NCBI GenBank assembly: GCA_031372065.1
Contig: JANMKN010000214.1
Location: 1 to 32,076, forward strand
Reading direction: 5' to 3'
DNA length: 32,076 bases
Source: Abditibacteriaceae bacterium
GTDB taxonomy: Bacteria > Armatimonadota > Abditibacteriia > Abditibacteriales > Abditibacteriaceae
Shown: positions 1-6,972 of the stretch, piece by piece
How the letters are laid out: every line of letters begins with the position of its first letter
Position numbering within the stretch: position 1 is the first letter of the stretch
The notes under the pieces: model-generated
Told to the model about the DNA's origin: nothing
Seen by the model: only the letters and a program-made list of their open reading frames with translations
Database searches by the model: none
Position numbers and translations under genes: made by a program

Positions 1-500
1 GCATCGTTGACAGCTTCGATGGCATCCGTCAAAACCGTCAAAACGGCGGCACAGTTCGCGGCGGTCACCGGCGGACTGACAATCGCCGATTCATATTGTG
101 AGTGCCCCGCCAAATAAGCGCCCAAACGCTCCAGTTGAGTGACGCGCCCGTCCTGCGTGTCGGCGGGCTGCAAAACATCGGGGCCGATGCCGGTGTCCAG
201 CCACGCATTACCGGCTGCGCCTAAGTGCAGCTGCAAAACGCGAATCGCCTTGCGAATCAGGCGGATAACGGCTTTATCGGCGTTGCTACGAGCGGTTTTG
301 GCGGAGTTGAGCGCCTTAAAGGTGGCGTTGGCGGTTTGGTTGGCATTATAGAGATTGGTGCGGTCGGTGCGAATCGCCGCTTCCAAATTATGCACCAGCG
401 CGATGTCGCCATCGGCTACGGTATCTCTGGCTCCATCGGCGGCTTCATCGGCCATCGTCAGCAGTTTGTCAAGTCCTTTGGGCAGTTCATTACTTGCCAT
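1..500 (-). CDS. Hypothetical alpha-helical protein, 3' end runs off the window (not in the ORF track)
   Basis: Hand translation from ATG at 500: MASNELPKGLDKLLTMADEAADGARDTVADGDIALVHNLEAAIRTDRTNLYNANQ..., open to position 1. RBS AAGGAGA about 8 nt upstream. Resembles the N-terminus of helical proteins that often end in an FN3 domain (recollection, C-terminus not visible). Confidence 0.85.
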   Translation of the reverse strand, partial: MASNELPKGLDKLLTMADEAADGARDTVADGDIALVHNLEAAIRTDRTNLYNANQTANATFKALNSAKTARSNADKAVIRLIRKAIRVLQLHLGAAGNAWLDTGIGPDVLQPADTQDGRVTQLERLGAYLAGHSQYESAIVSPPVTAANCAAVLTVLTDAIEAVND

Positions 501-603
501 AGCAATAGTCTCCTTGTTACGACGAAAATAAAAAGGGAGGCCCAAAAGGGCCGAAAACAAGCGAAAAAACGCGAAAAACGACCAAATTAGACACGGCGGC
601 GTG

Positions 604-830
604 CCGCAGGGTATCAAGTTTGGGCGCTCGATACCCGGCGGCGTCCCGACCACCTCAACTTTTCGGCGCTTGATACCCTGCGGCATCCCGCAGGGTATCG
701 AGCGCCGAAACTCGATACCCTGCGGGGTCCCGCTATGCTCCGAGCGCCGAAACTCGATACCCCGTGGCACCCCGCCATGCTCCGAATGCGGAAAAAAGAT
801 GCCCTGCGGGACGCCGAAGGCATCTTTTCT
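604..830. repeat. 42-bp tandem array (about 5.5 units) of alternating inverted 15-bp arms
   Basis: Units start at 604, 646, 688, 730, 772 and 814. Unit 3 is CCGCAGGGTATCGAG-cgccgaaa-CTCGATACCCTGCGG-ggtc, a perfect 15-bp inverted pair. Confidence 0.9.
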
Positions 831-861
831 CATTAGACTGATAAGTCCAACTGCCTAATCT

Positions 862-889
862 ATTTTACAACGCGCCCACTCTTTGACAA
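862..889 (-). promoter_or_regulatory. Putative sigma70-type promoter reading into the 42-bp array and the gene at 500
   Basis: Minus strand TTGTCA-N16-TAAAAT. Confidence 0.45.
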
Positions 890-967
890 GAGGCCGCCGC
901 CCCATTTTTCGCTGGCATTCTGCGAATCTGTTTTTATTGCCCCTATCCGGCATTATAACCAAAAAGG

Positions 968-990
968 CCGCATAATAGGAGTTGTGCCGG
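968..990 (+). mobile_element. attI-like cassette insertion point (G/TT crossover at 981)
   Basis: GCATAATAGGA-GTTGTGCCG. The core GTTGTGCCG is complementary (8/9) to CGGCTCAAC at the start of the downstream attC. It is followed by GCGCGCGGC, as is the core at 1328. Confidence 0.55.
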
Positions 991-1060
991 TGCGCGCGGC
1001 TTGGCTGCGCGTTAAAACTATGAATGAACGAAACTAAGATAAGAATTGGAGGTGGCGCGG

Positions 1061-1213
1061 ATGGTTTTTATTTACATAGCATTGGGCTTAATGGGAATTC
1101 TGGCTGTAAATCTCTCGCCCCTGTCTAAAAGGATTAAATGGATTTTGAGCCTATGCATCCTGCTTGTTATTGGGCCAATGATTGCATTGGTCATAGCTTG
1201 GTTGCCACGTTAA
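1061..1213 (+). CDS. 50-aa two-helix membrane protein (gene cassette 1, below the ORF-track cutoff)
   Basis: GGAGGT RBS, ATG 1061 to TAA 1213: MVFIYIALGLMGILAVNLSPLSKRIKWILSLCILLVIGPMIALVIAWLPR. AT-rich and ends just before attC. Confidence 0.7.
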   Translation: MVFIYIALGLMGILAVNLSPLSKRIKWILSLCILLVIGPMIALVIAWLPR

Positions 1214-1248
1214 AGCTGCTATCAATCGCCATTAACCAAAGGACAACG

Positions 1249-1334
1249 GCTCAACAAGGCGCTGCACCCGACCGCCTACAGCTCCGCTCGTTCCTCGCTT
1301 CGCTTCCGGCGGCGGGTGAGCTTGGTCGTTGTGT
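1249..1334 (+). mobile_element. Integron attC recombination site (86 bp)
   Basis: R'' GCTCAAC (RYYYAAC) and R' GTTGTGT. Inner arms GCT[G]CACCCG[A]CCGCC and GGCGGCGGGTGAGC pair with two unpaired bases, the classical attC fold. Confidence 0.85.
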
Positions 1335-1392
1335 GGCGGCGCGCGGCGTTTCGAGGACATTGAGGCATTGAAGTTAATATACTTAGTTCATC

Positions 1393-1839
1393 ATGGGTAA
1401 TTCACAAGAAGTAAAGATTCAGATTTTTTGCCAGAATCTCCCTGGGAGCCAATTTGAAGAAAGAACAAGCGTTCGGCTGGGGATTCAGAAAGGCACAGTG
1501 GTAATTGAAGATGTTGCCGGCGATAGGCAAAGCGCAAGCTTCATTGTTCCTTTAACAGTTTCGACAAATTCCAAAACTGGAAAACCCAACTTCTTGGGGC
1601 CATTTGCACAGGGGACTCCAGATGAACGATTCATCTATTTGTGTTGGGGTGAAAGACATAATGGAACTTGGGATGGATTCAGGAGAGCAAAAATTCATTT
1701 GAGTCATCTCAGTTATGAAGCCATAGACAAAGCGATGGAAAGCGGACAAGCAATCAAAGTCGTTGTGAATATGACGAATGACAAAGGCGGGCCGCTCTGT
1801 GCTTCGATAAAAGGGGACAAAATCAAGTGGGAGATATAG
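1393..1839 (+). CDS. DUF5990-like protein (gene cassette 2)
   Basis: 148 aa. Motifs LPG..LGIQKG, FLGPFAQG..ERFIYLCWG and FRRAKIHL match my recollection of DUF5990. AT-rich, directly after attC. Confidence 0.75.
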   Translation: MGNSQEVKIQIFCQNLPGSQFEERTSVRLGIQKGTVVIEDVAGDRQSASFIVPLTVSTNSKTGKPNFLGPFAQGTPDERFIYLCWGERHNGTWDGFRRAKIHLSHLSYEAIDKAMESGQAIKVVVNMTNDKGGPLCASIKGDKIKWEI

Positions 1840-1948
1840 CGTCCAGACGCCATCAATTGCAACACATCTACAGCCGGCGAACAAGAGACTATGTTGGCAA
1901 GGGGTGTCCTTTTAGCAATTGATTTTGAGTGTTGATAGTCACAACAGT

Positions 1949-1981
1949 AGCGCGTTCCTCAAGTGAGGAGCGCGCTTTTTG
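1949..1981 (+). terminator. Rho-independent terminator between convergent genes
   Basis: AGCGCGTTCCTC-aagt-GAGGAGCGCGCT followed by a T run. Confidence 0.7.
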
Positions 1982-2015
1982 CTTGTCTGCGCATTGATTT
2001 GCGGCCCGAAAACCA

Positions 2016-3332
2016 TCAAATTGCGGGCGAGACGCCCGCGCTCCATTCCGAGAGAGCGCTTTGGGCGCGTTCGACTTGGCGGGCGGGTTTGTCGGCTTTT
2101 TTATATTTTTCCGGCAACGGCGGCAAAAGTGCCCAGTTAGAATTCATCGGCTGAAAATGCTTCGGCTCGGCGTGCGTGATGTAATGCGCAAGGGCGCCCA
2201 TGACGGTTTCGCGCGGGAAAATCAGCGGCTCCTCGTTTTTCATCAAACGCGCGGCGTTCAGGCCCGCCATCAGGCCGGCAGCGGCGCTTTCGACGTAGCC
2301 TTCGACACCGGTTAATTGTCCGGCGAAAAACAAATCGTCGCGCGCTTGGGTTTGGAAAGTCGGGCGCAAAACGGCGGGAGAGTTGATGAAAATGTTTTTG
2401 TGAATCACGCCAAAACGCACGATTTCGACGTTTTGCAGGCCGGGAATCAAACGAAGCACGCGCGTTTGTTCGGGCCACTTGAGGCGCGTTTGAAAACCGA
2501 CGAGGTTATACATCGTGCCTTCGGTGTTTTCGGCGCGCAGTTGCACGGCGGCAAAAGGCCAGCGCCCGGTTTTCGGGTCATCCAATCCGGCGCCGCGCAG
2601 TGGGCCATAGCGCATGGTTAAGCGCCCGCGATTGGCGAGTTCTTCAATCGGCAGGCAGCTTTCAAAATACGGCACGTCGTCTTCGTTATGCGCTTCGGCT
2701 TTTTCGGCGGTCAAAAGCGCCTCGCGCAAGATGTCGTATTGCTCTTCGGAAAGCGCCGCGTTCCAATAGGCCGCGTCGCCTTTTTCGTAGCGCGAGGCGA
2801 GAAATAGCGTTTCGTAGTCCAGCGAATCGGCGTCCACAATCGGCGCGACGGCATCGAAGAAATTCAGAAAGTCGCCGCCCAAAATGCGCTGAATATCGTT
2901 GGCTAAGGCTTCGGAAGTTAGTGGGCCGCTCGATACGATGCAAGGCCCATCGGGAATCGCTTCGATTTCGCCGCGCACAATTTCCACATTCGGATGCGCC
3001 GCCAGCTTTCCGGTAATCGCAGCGGCAAATTTTTCGCGGTCAACGGCTAAAGCGCTGCCCGCAGGCACCGAACTTTCGTCGGCGCTGGCGAGAATCAGCG
3101 AATCCAATTGGCGCATTTCCCATTTCAAAAGGCCGCTGGCTTTGTCGAGGTTGTTGCTTTTCAGAGAGTTCGAGCAAACCAACTCGGCTAAATTGCCGGT
3201 TTGATGCACTTTTGTCGGCTTGATGGGCCGCATTTCGTGCAAGCGCACCCTAACGCCGCGTTGCGCTGCCTGCCAAGCCGCTTCGCAACCGGCGAGGCCG
3301 CCGCCGATTATCGTGAGTTCTGAGTTATTCAT
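2016..3332 (-). CDS. trmFO: Methylenetetrahydrofolate-tRNA-(uracil-54)-methyltransferase TrmFO
   Basis: IIGGGLAGCEAAWQ FAD motif, AELVCSNSL, YFESCLPIEE, YNLVGFQTRLKW, FFAGQLTGVEGYVES, FQPMN. Confidence 0.96.
   Translation of the reverse strand: MNNSELTIIGGGLAGCEAAWQAAQRGVRVRLHEMRPIKPTKVHQTGNLAELVCSNSLKSNNLDKASGLLKWEMRQLDSLILASADESSVPAGSALAVDREKFAAAITGKLAAHPNVEIVRGEIEAIPDGPCIVSSGPLTSEALANDIQRILGGDFLNFFDAVAPIVDADSLDYETLFLASRYEKGDAAYWNAALSEEQYDILREALLTAEKAEAHNEDDVPYFESCLPIEELANRGRLTMRYGPLRGAGLDDPKTGRWPFAAVQLRAENTEGTMYNLVGFQTRLKWPEQTRVLRLIPGLQNVEIVRFGVIHKNIFINSPAVLRPTFQTQARDDLFFAGQLTGVEGYVESAAAGLMAGLNAARLMKNEEPLIFPRETVMGALAHYITHAEPKHFQPMNSNWALLPPLPEKYKKADKPARQVERAQSALSEWSAGVSPAI
2023..2044. repeat. 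REP-like palindrome, copy 1 (inside the trmFO 3' end)
   Basis: GCGGGCG-aga-CGCCCGC-GCTCC, identical to 19924-19945. Confidence 0.75.
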
Positions 3333-4620
3333 TCGCTTCGTTCATCCAAGTTCGCGCCGCCTCGAAAGCCTCATCCAGCGTGCCGACTTCGCCTGTCAAC
3401 TGCGCCAAATACACTTGTTTGGTGATTTTGCCGATTCGCGGGCCGGGTTTGAGGCCCATTTCCAGCAAATGACGGCCCATCAAAAGCGGCGCGGGCGGCG
3501 CGTCCGCGATGTTTAATTGTTCCATTTTTGTGATGAACCAATCCTCCGCCTCGTGTGCGCCGCGCGCTTTTGCCAGTTGCGCCATCAAACGCGGCAATCC
3601 GGGCAGCAAACGCGCCGACAAAAAGCGAAATTCGCGGTCAGAAACTTCGTTTTGCCGATGCCAATCGGTGATGCGCTTGCGTTCGCCGACTAATTGAATA
3701 GTCGCAAGGCGCACATTGAAATTGTCCAACGAATGCACATTGAGGCCATCCAACAATTGCTCTGTGCCTCGCCAACCGAGAAACGTGCCGAGCGCCGCCA
3801 ACATCAATGTCACTTGCTGCGCATAAGGCAAGTTTCCTTTTTCGCGCGCGGCATTATCCAAAGTCGCGCAAAGTTCGTCGCCGCGCCGCGACAAAGCAGT
3901 TTCCAAATAGGGAAACAGCTGGTGCAGAACGCCGAGTTCGCGCGCGATGCGCAAACCGAGCGACGGGCGCGGCGCTTTGAGCAGCAATTTTTCCCACTCG
4001 CCCCAAATGCGTTCGCGCGGCAAATCGGATAAATCAATGGCGCGGCAGATTTCGATGCTGCGCGGCTCCATTTGCATCTCAAAACGCGCCGCGAATTGCA
4101 CGGCGCGCAAAACGCGCAGCGAATCTTCGGCGAAATGCGCGGCATCTACCACGCGCAAGGTTTTGTTTTCCAAATCAGCGCGCCCGCCAAATGGGTCGAG
4201 AATCTCGCCCGTCAGCGGGTCTTTGAGAATGGCATTGACCGTGAAATCGCGGCGGCGCGCGGCGTCTTCGACAGTGGCGTGCGGGTCGCCTTCGACTTCA
4301 AAACCTTTGTGCCCGGCACCGATTTTCTTATCGCGGCGCGGCAGCGAAATATCCAATTCAAAGCGCTCTTTTTCGCTCCACCACGCCAACTTGTAAACGC
4401 GAAAACTTTCGCCGACGCAATCCACGCGCCCGAATTTTCGCAAAAGCTCGCGCAAAAGCGGCGCTTCGAGGCCGTAAACTTCAATATCGGCGTCTTTGGG
4501 ATGCAAACCGAGCAATTCGTCGCGCACAAAGCCTCCGACAAGCAGCGCGCGGCCACCGCGCTCACGCACGACGCGGGCGATGGCTTGCGCTTTTTCAAGC
4601 AACGATTGGCTGACGGACAC
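3325..4620 (-). CDS. cca: CCA tRNA nucleotidyltransferase (class II, poly(A) polymerase family)
   Basis: LVGGFVRDELLG..DADIE, RRDFTVNAI, EDSLRVLRAVQFAARF, ERIWGEWEKLL, LMGRHLLEMGLKPGP. Start moved to GTG 4620 (TATACT 7 nt upstream). The stop overlaps the trmFO start. Confidence 0.9.
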   Translation of the reverse strand: MSVSQSLLEKAQAIARVVRERGGRALLVGGFVRDELLGLHPKDADIEVYGLEAPLLRELLRKFGRVDCVGESFRVYKLAWWSEKERFELDISLPRRDKKIGAGHKGFEVEGDPHATVEDAARRRDFTVNAILKDPLTGEILDPFGGRADLENKTLRVVDAAHFAEDSLRVLRAVQFAARFEMQMEPRSIEICRAIDLSDLPRERIWGEWEKLLLKAPRPSLGLRIARELGVLHQLFPYLETALSRRGDELCATLDNAAREKGNLPYAQQVTLMLAALGTFLGWRGTEQLLDGLNVHSLDNFNVRLATIQLVGERKRITDWHRQNEVSDREFRFLSARLLPGLPRLMAQLAKARGAHEAEDWFITKMEQLNIADAPPAPLLMGRHLLEMGLKPGPRIGKITKQVYLAQLTGEVGTLDEAFEAARTWMNEANE

Positions 4621-4672
4621 TCTGCACAGTATAACGGGGCAACAAGTCAAAAAATGACTGCACGAGGGGCAC

Positions 4673-4966
4673 AATGGCACCAATCAGGGCCAAAATGGAA
4701 GCAGTTGAAGACACACTGCAAGCAGTCAGGGCCACACTGGAGGCAATCAGAGGCAAATGGGAAGCAATTTGCCCCTCACTGGAAGCAAACGACCCTGAAA
4801 TGGAGACAATTGGAGCCAAACGGGGAGCAGTCAGGGCCAAACGGGGAGCAATCAGGGGCACACTGGAAGCAGTCAGGGGCACACTGGAAGCAGTCAGGGC
4901 CTCACTGGAAGCAGTCAGGCGTAGAATTATACCAGTCGGGCGCAGAATTATACCAGTCAGGCGCAG
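4673..4966. repeat. 14 x 21-bp degenerate tandem array between divergent genes
   Basis: Consensus ACTGGAAGCARTCAGGGCCAM, exact 21-nt register without indels, CAR at positions 9-11 in all 14 units. Confidence 0.92.
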
Positions 4967-5027
4967 CGATTGGCCGACGGATCACGCAAACACAGGGTCA
5001 CAGCTATGAAACGATAAACTGCGCGGG

Positions 5028-5933
5028 GTGAACGTAGTTTTTCTGGTGTCGGAAGTTGGCATTGTCGCGCTGTTTGCGTTTTGTGCTGCTGTCGCGTGGC
5101 GCAAGCGGCAAAGCGACGGCGGGCGCGAACTTTCTCTGTTACTCTCGGCGGCGCTGTTCGCCACGCTTTTTGAAGATTTAAACGTGCGCCAGTTGAGCGG
5201 GCGCGGCTCGTATTTTTACAACGACAAATTTCTGCTGGATATTGACCGCGTGCCTGTCTTCATCATTTTGGCGTGGGCAGTGATCTTGTGGGGCGCCATG
5301 CAAATTTCCGATGCAGCGCCTTTGCCCGAAGTGGCGCGCGTCGGCAGCGATGGAATTTTGGCGGTGATGCTTGATTTGGGCTTCGATGTCACGGCGATTC
5401 GCCATGAATTTTGGACATGGCGCGGGTTTTCGTTCGATGAGGCGTGGTTTGGCGTGCCAGCGGGCAATTTTTTCGGCTGGCTATGGGTTTCTCTGGCGTT
5501 TTCGGCCCTGTCGCGGGCTTTATGGCATTGTAACCCACGCGGCGCGGTTTGGTGGCAGTTATTTATTGTGCCGCCGCTGGGATTTTTGCTTTATCGCGTC
5601 CTCGAAAACAGCACCAATCATGTGCTGGTGGCGCTGCATTTGACCTCTGACCGTGCAGCGCTCATGGCATTCTTCCTCGTTTTCGCCTTGCTAAGTGGCG
5701 CCGTGGCAGTCACACCAAAGAAGTCACACCAACAATCATCGGCGCGACGCTTGGCTCACAACAGTCGCGTGGCTTTTCATGTTTTTGCGGTTTTGGGCTT
5801 GGTGGCGCTATCATCGGACGCGCCGGGCGCCGCGCAACGCACGCTTTTACTGCCTTTGGCACTGATAATTTGGGCTTTAGATTTCCTGTGGCTGCGGCGC
5901 GTTTTGAAAGTGGAAAACAATTATGGGACGTAA
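5028..5933 (+). CDS. Carotenoid biosynthesis protein-like (DUF422/CruF-like) membrane protein
   Basis: Multi-TM. VPVFIILAW, LDLGFDVTA..FWTW and WFGVPAGNFFGW are typical of the family. Confidence 0.75.
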   Translation: MNVVFLVSEVGIVALFAFCAAVAWRKRQSDGGRELSLLLSAALFATLFEDLNVRQLSGRGSYFYNDKFLLDIDRVPVFIILAWAVILWGAMQISDAAPLPEVARVGSDGILAVMLDLGFDVTAIRHEFWTWRGFSFDEAWFGVPAGNFFGWLWVSLAFSALSRALWHCNPRGAVWWQLFIVPPLGFLLYRVLENSTNHVLVALHLTSDRAALMAFFLVFALLSGAVAVTPKKSHQQSSARRLAHNSRVAFHVFAVLGLVALSSDAPGAAQRTLLLPLALIIWALDFLWLRRVLKVENNYGT

Positions 5934-6246
5934 CGATTCACAACCAATAAACGGCTCGTGGGGAATGTTAGTCGCCGTTACAGGATGGCTCATTCCCAGC
6001 GGCATTTATTATATGATGCGCGCGCAATTCGGGCAGGATGCTATATGGCCGCAAGTCGGGCCGCTTTTGTTGACGGCGTTTGAAATTCTGATTGTTTTTG
6101 GTCAATTGGGCGCGTTTTTGTTGGCCGCCCTCGCGTGGCCGGGCAAATGGGCCAAATTAACCGTGCCCGTCGCCATTATTTTGTTTCTCTGGCATCTTTA
6201 TGCGTTGTTTATGGCGTTTGATTCTTTGAAACCCAACCAGATTTAA
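5923..6246 (+). CDS. Hypothetical 3-TM membrane protein
   Basis: 107 aa with three hydrophobic segments. Start overlaps the upstream stop. Confidence 0.7.
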   Translation: MGRNDSQPINGSWGMLVAVTGWLIPSGIYYMMRAQFGQDAIWPQVGPLLLTAFEILIVFGQLGAFLLAALAWPGKWAKLTVPVAIILFLWHLYALFMAFDSLKPNQI

Positions 6247-6250
6247 TGTC

Positions 6251-6880
6251 TTACTGCACGCTGAAACCCCACGTCTGAGTGTATTGCTCGTTCGAGAGGT
6301 TTTTGACGTGCGCATCGGCAAAAAGCACGTTATAGCGCAGGTTTCGCGATAAAATATTGTTTTCGCCGTGCCACGCGCCCGAACCATCGGCCAAAACGTG
6401 CGTTTGAGTGGGAAATTGCAAATCTTCGGCAGCTTTTTCGCGCAACATCAGTTCAGTGCGATAAAAGTAGCTCATGCCAAATTTGGCGTAACAAGTCGGA
6501 CGCGCGTCCAACGCCAGACCTGTGGTGTCGCAAATATCGAAGCCGGTATCCGCCGCGCATTGCCAAAGTCGCCCCTCTTTCACATAAGGCGCCATGACTT
6601 CGGTCAAAAGCGGCGTTTCGTTCATGATTTGCAAGCCGCCGGGGAAATTTTGCCAGATTTGCGGCGTATATTTATCCGCCGGATCAAGGCCGCGCGGAAA
6701 TCGCTCGAAATCGGAAGTGTAAAGGGCAATCGCCTGCCCCAATTGATGCAAATTCGACGAACAAACTGTCTGCCGTCCGCGTGCGCGAGCCTGCGCCAAC
6801 GCAGGAAAAATAAGCGCCGCTAACAACGTCAGCACGCCAATGACAACTAAGATTTCGACTAAAGTAAAAGCACGACGCAT
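6251..6880 (-). CDS. Prepilin-type N-terminal cleavage/methylation protein (DUF1559-like, with an H-X-DG-like C-terminus)
   Basis: MRRAFTLVEILVVI..FPALAQAR..CSSNLHQLG at the N-terminus, WH..NVLFADAHVK at the C-terminus. Confidence 0.9.
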   Translation of the reverse strand: MRRAFTLVEILVVIGVLTLLAALIFPALAQARARGRQTVCSSNLHQLGQAIALYTSDFERFPRGLDPADKYTPQIWQNFPGGLQIMNETPLLTEVMAPYVKEGRLWQCAADTGFDICDTTGLALDARPTCYAKFGMSYFYRTELMLREKAAEDLQFPTQTHVLADGSGAWHGENNILSRNLRYNVLFADAHVKNLSNEQYTQTWGFSVQ

Positions 6881-6889
6881 AACGACAGC

Positions 6890-6972
6890 TTGGAGTTTTG
6901 CGTGAGGAGTTCTGAGCTAAAACGGATAATCCCGATCAACTTAAAACTCTTAACTCAAAACTCTCAACTCAA
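6890..6972. repeat. Inverted heptamer-repeat hairpin (GAGTT/AACTC family)
   Basis: Left arm tggagt-tttgcgt-gaggagt-tctgagc. Right arm aacttaa-aactctt-aactcaa-aactctc-aactcaa. Confidence 0.7.

Noticed and set aside
1138..1371. 77-aa ORF from the track
   Set aside because: It reads through the attC and overlaps the better supported RBS-led 50-aa ORF at 1061-1213.
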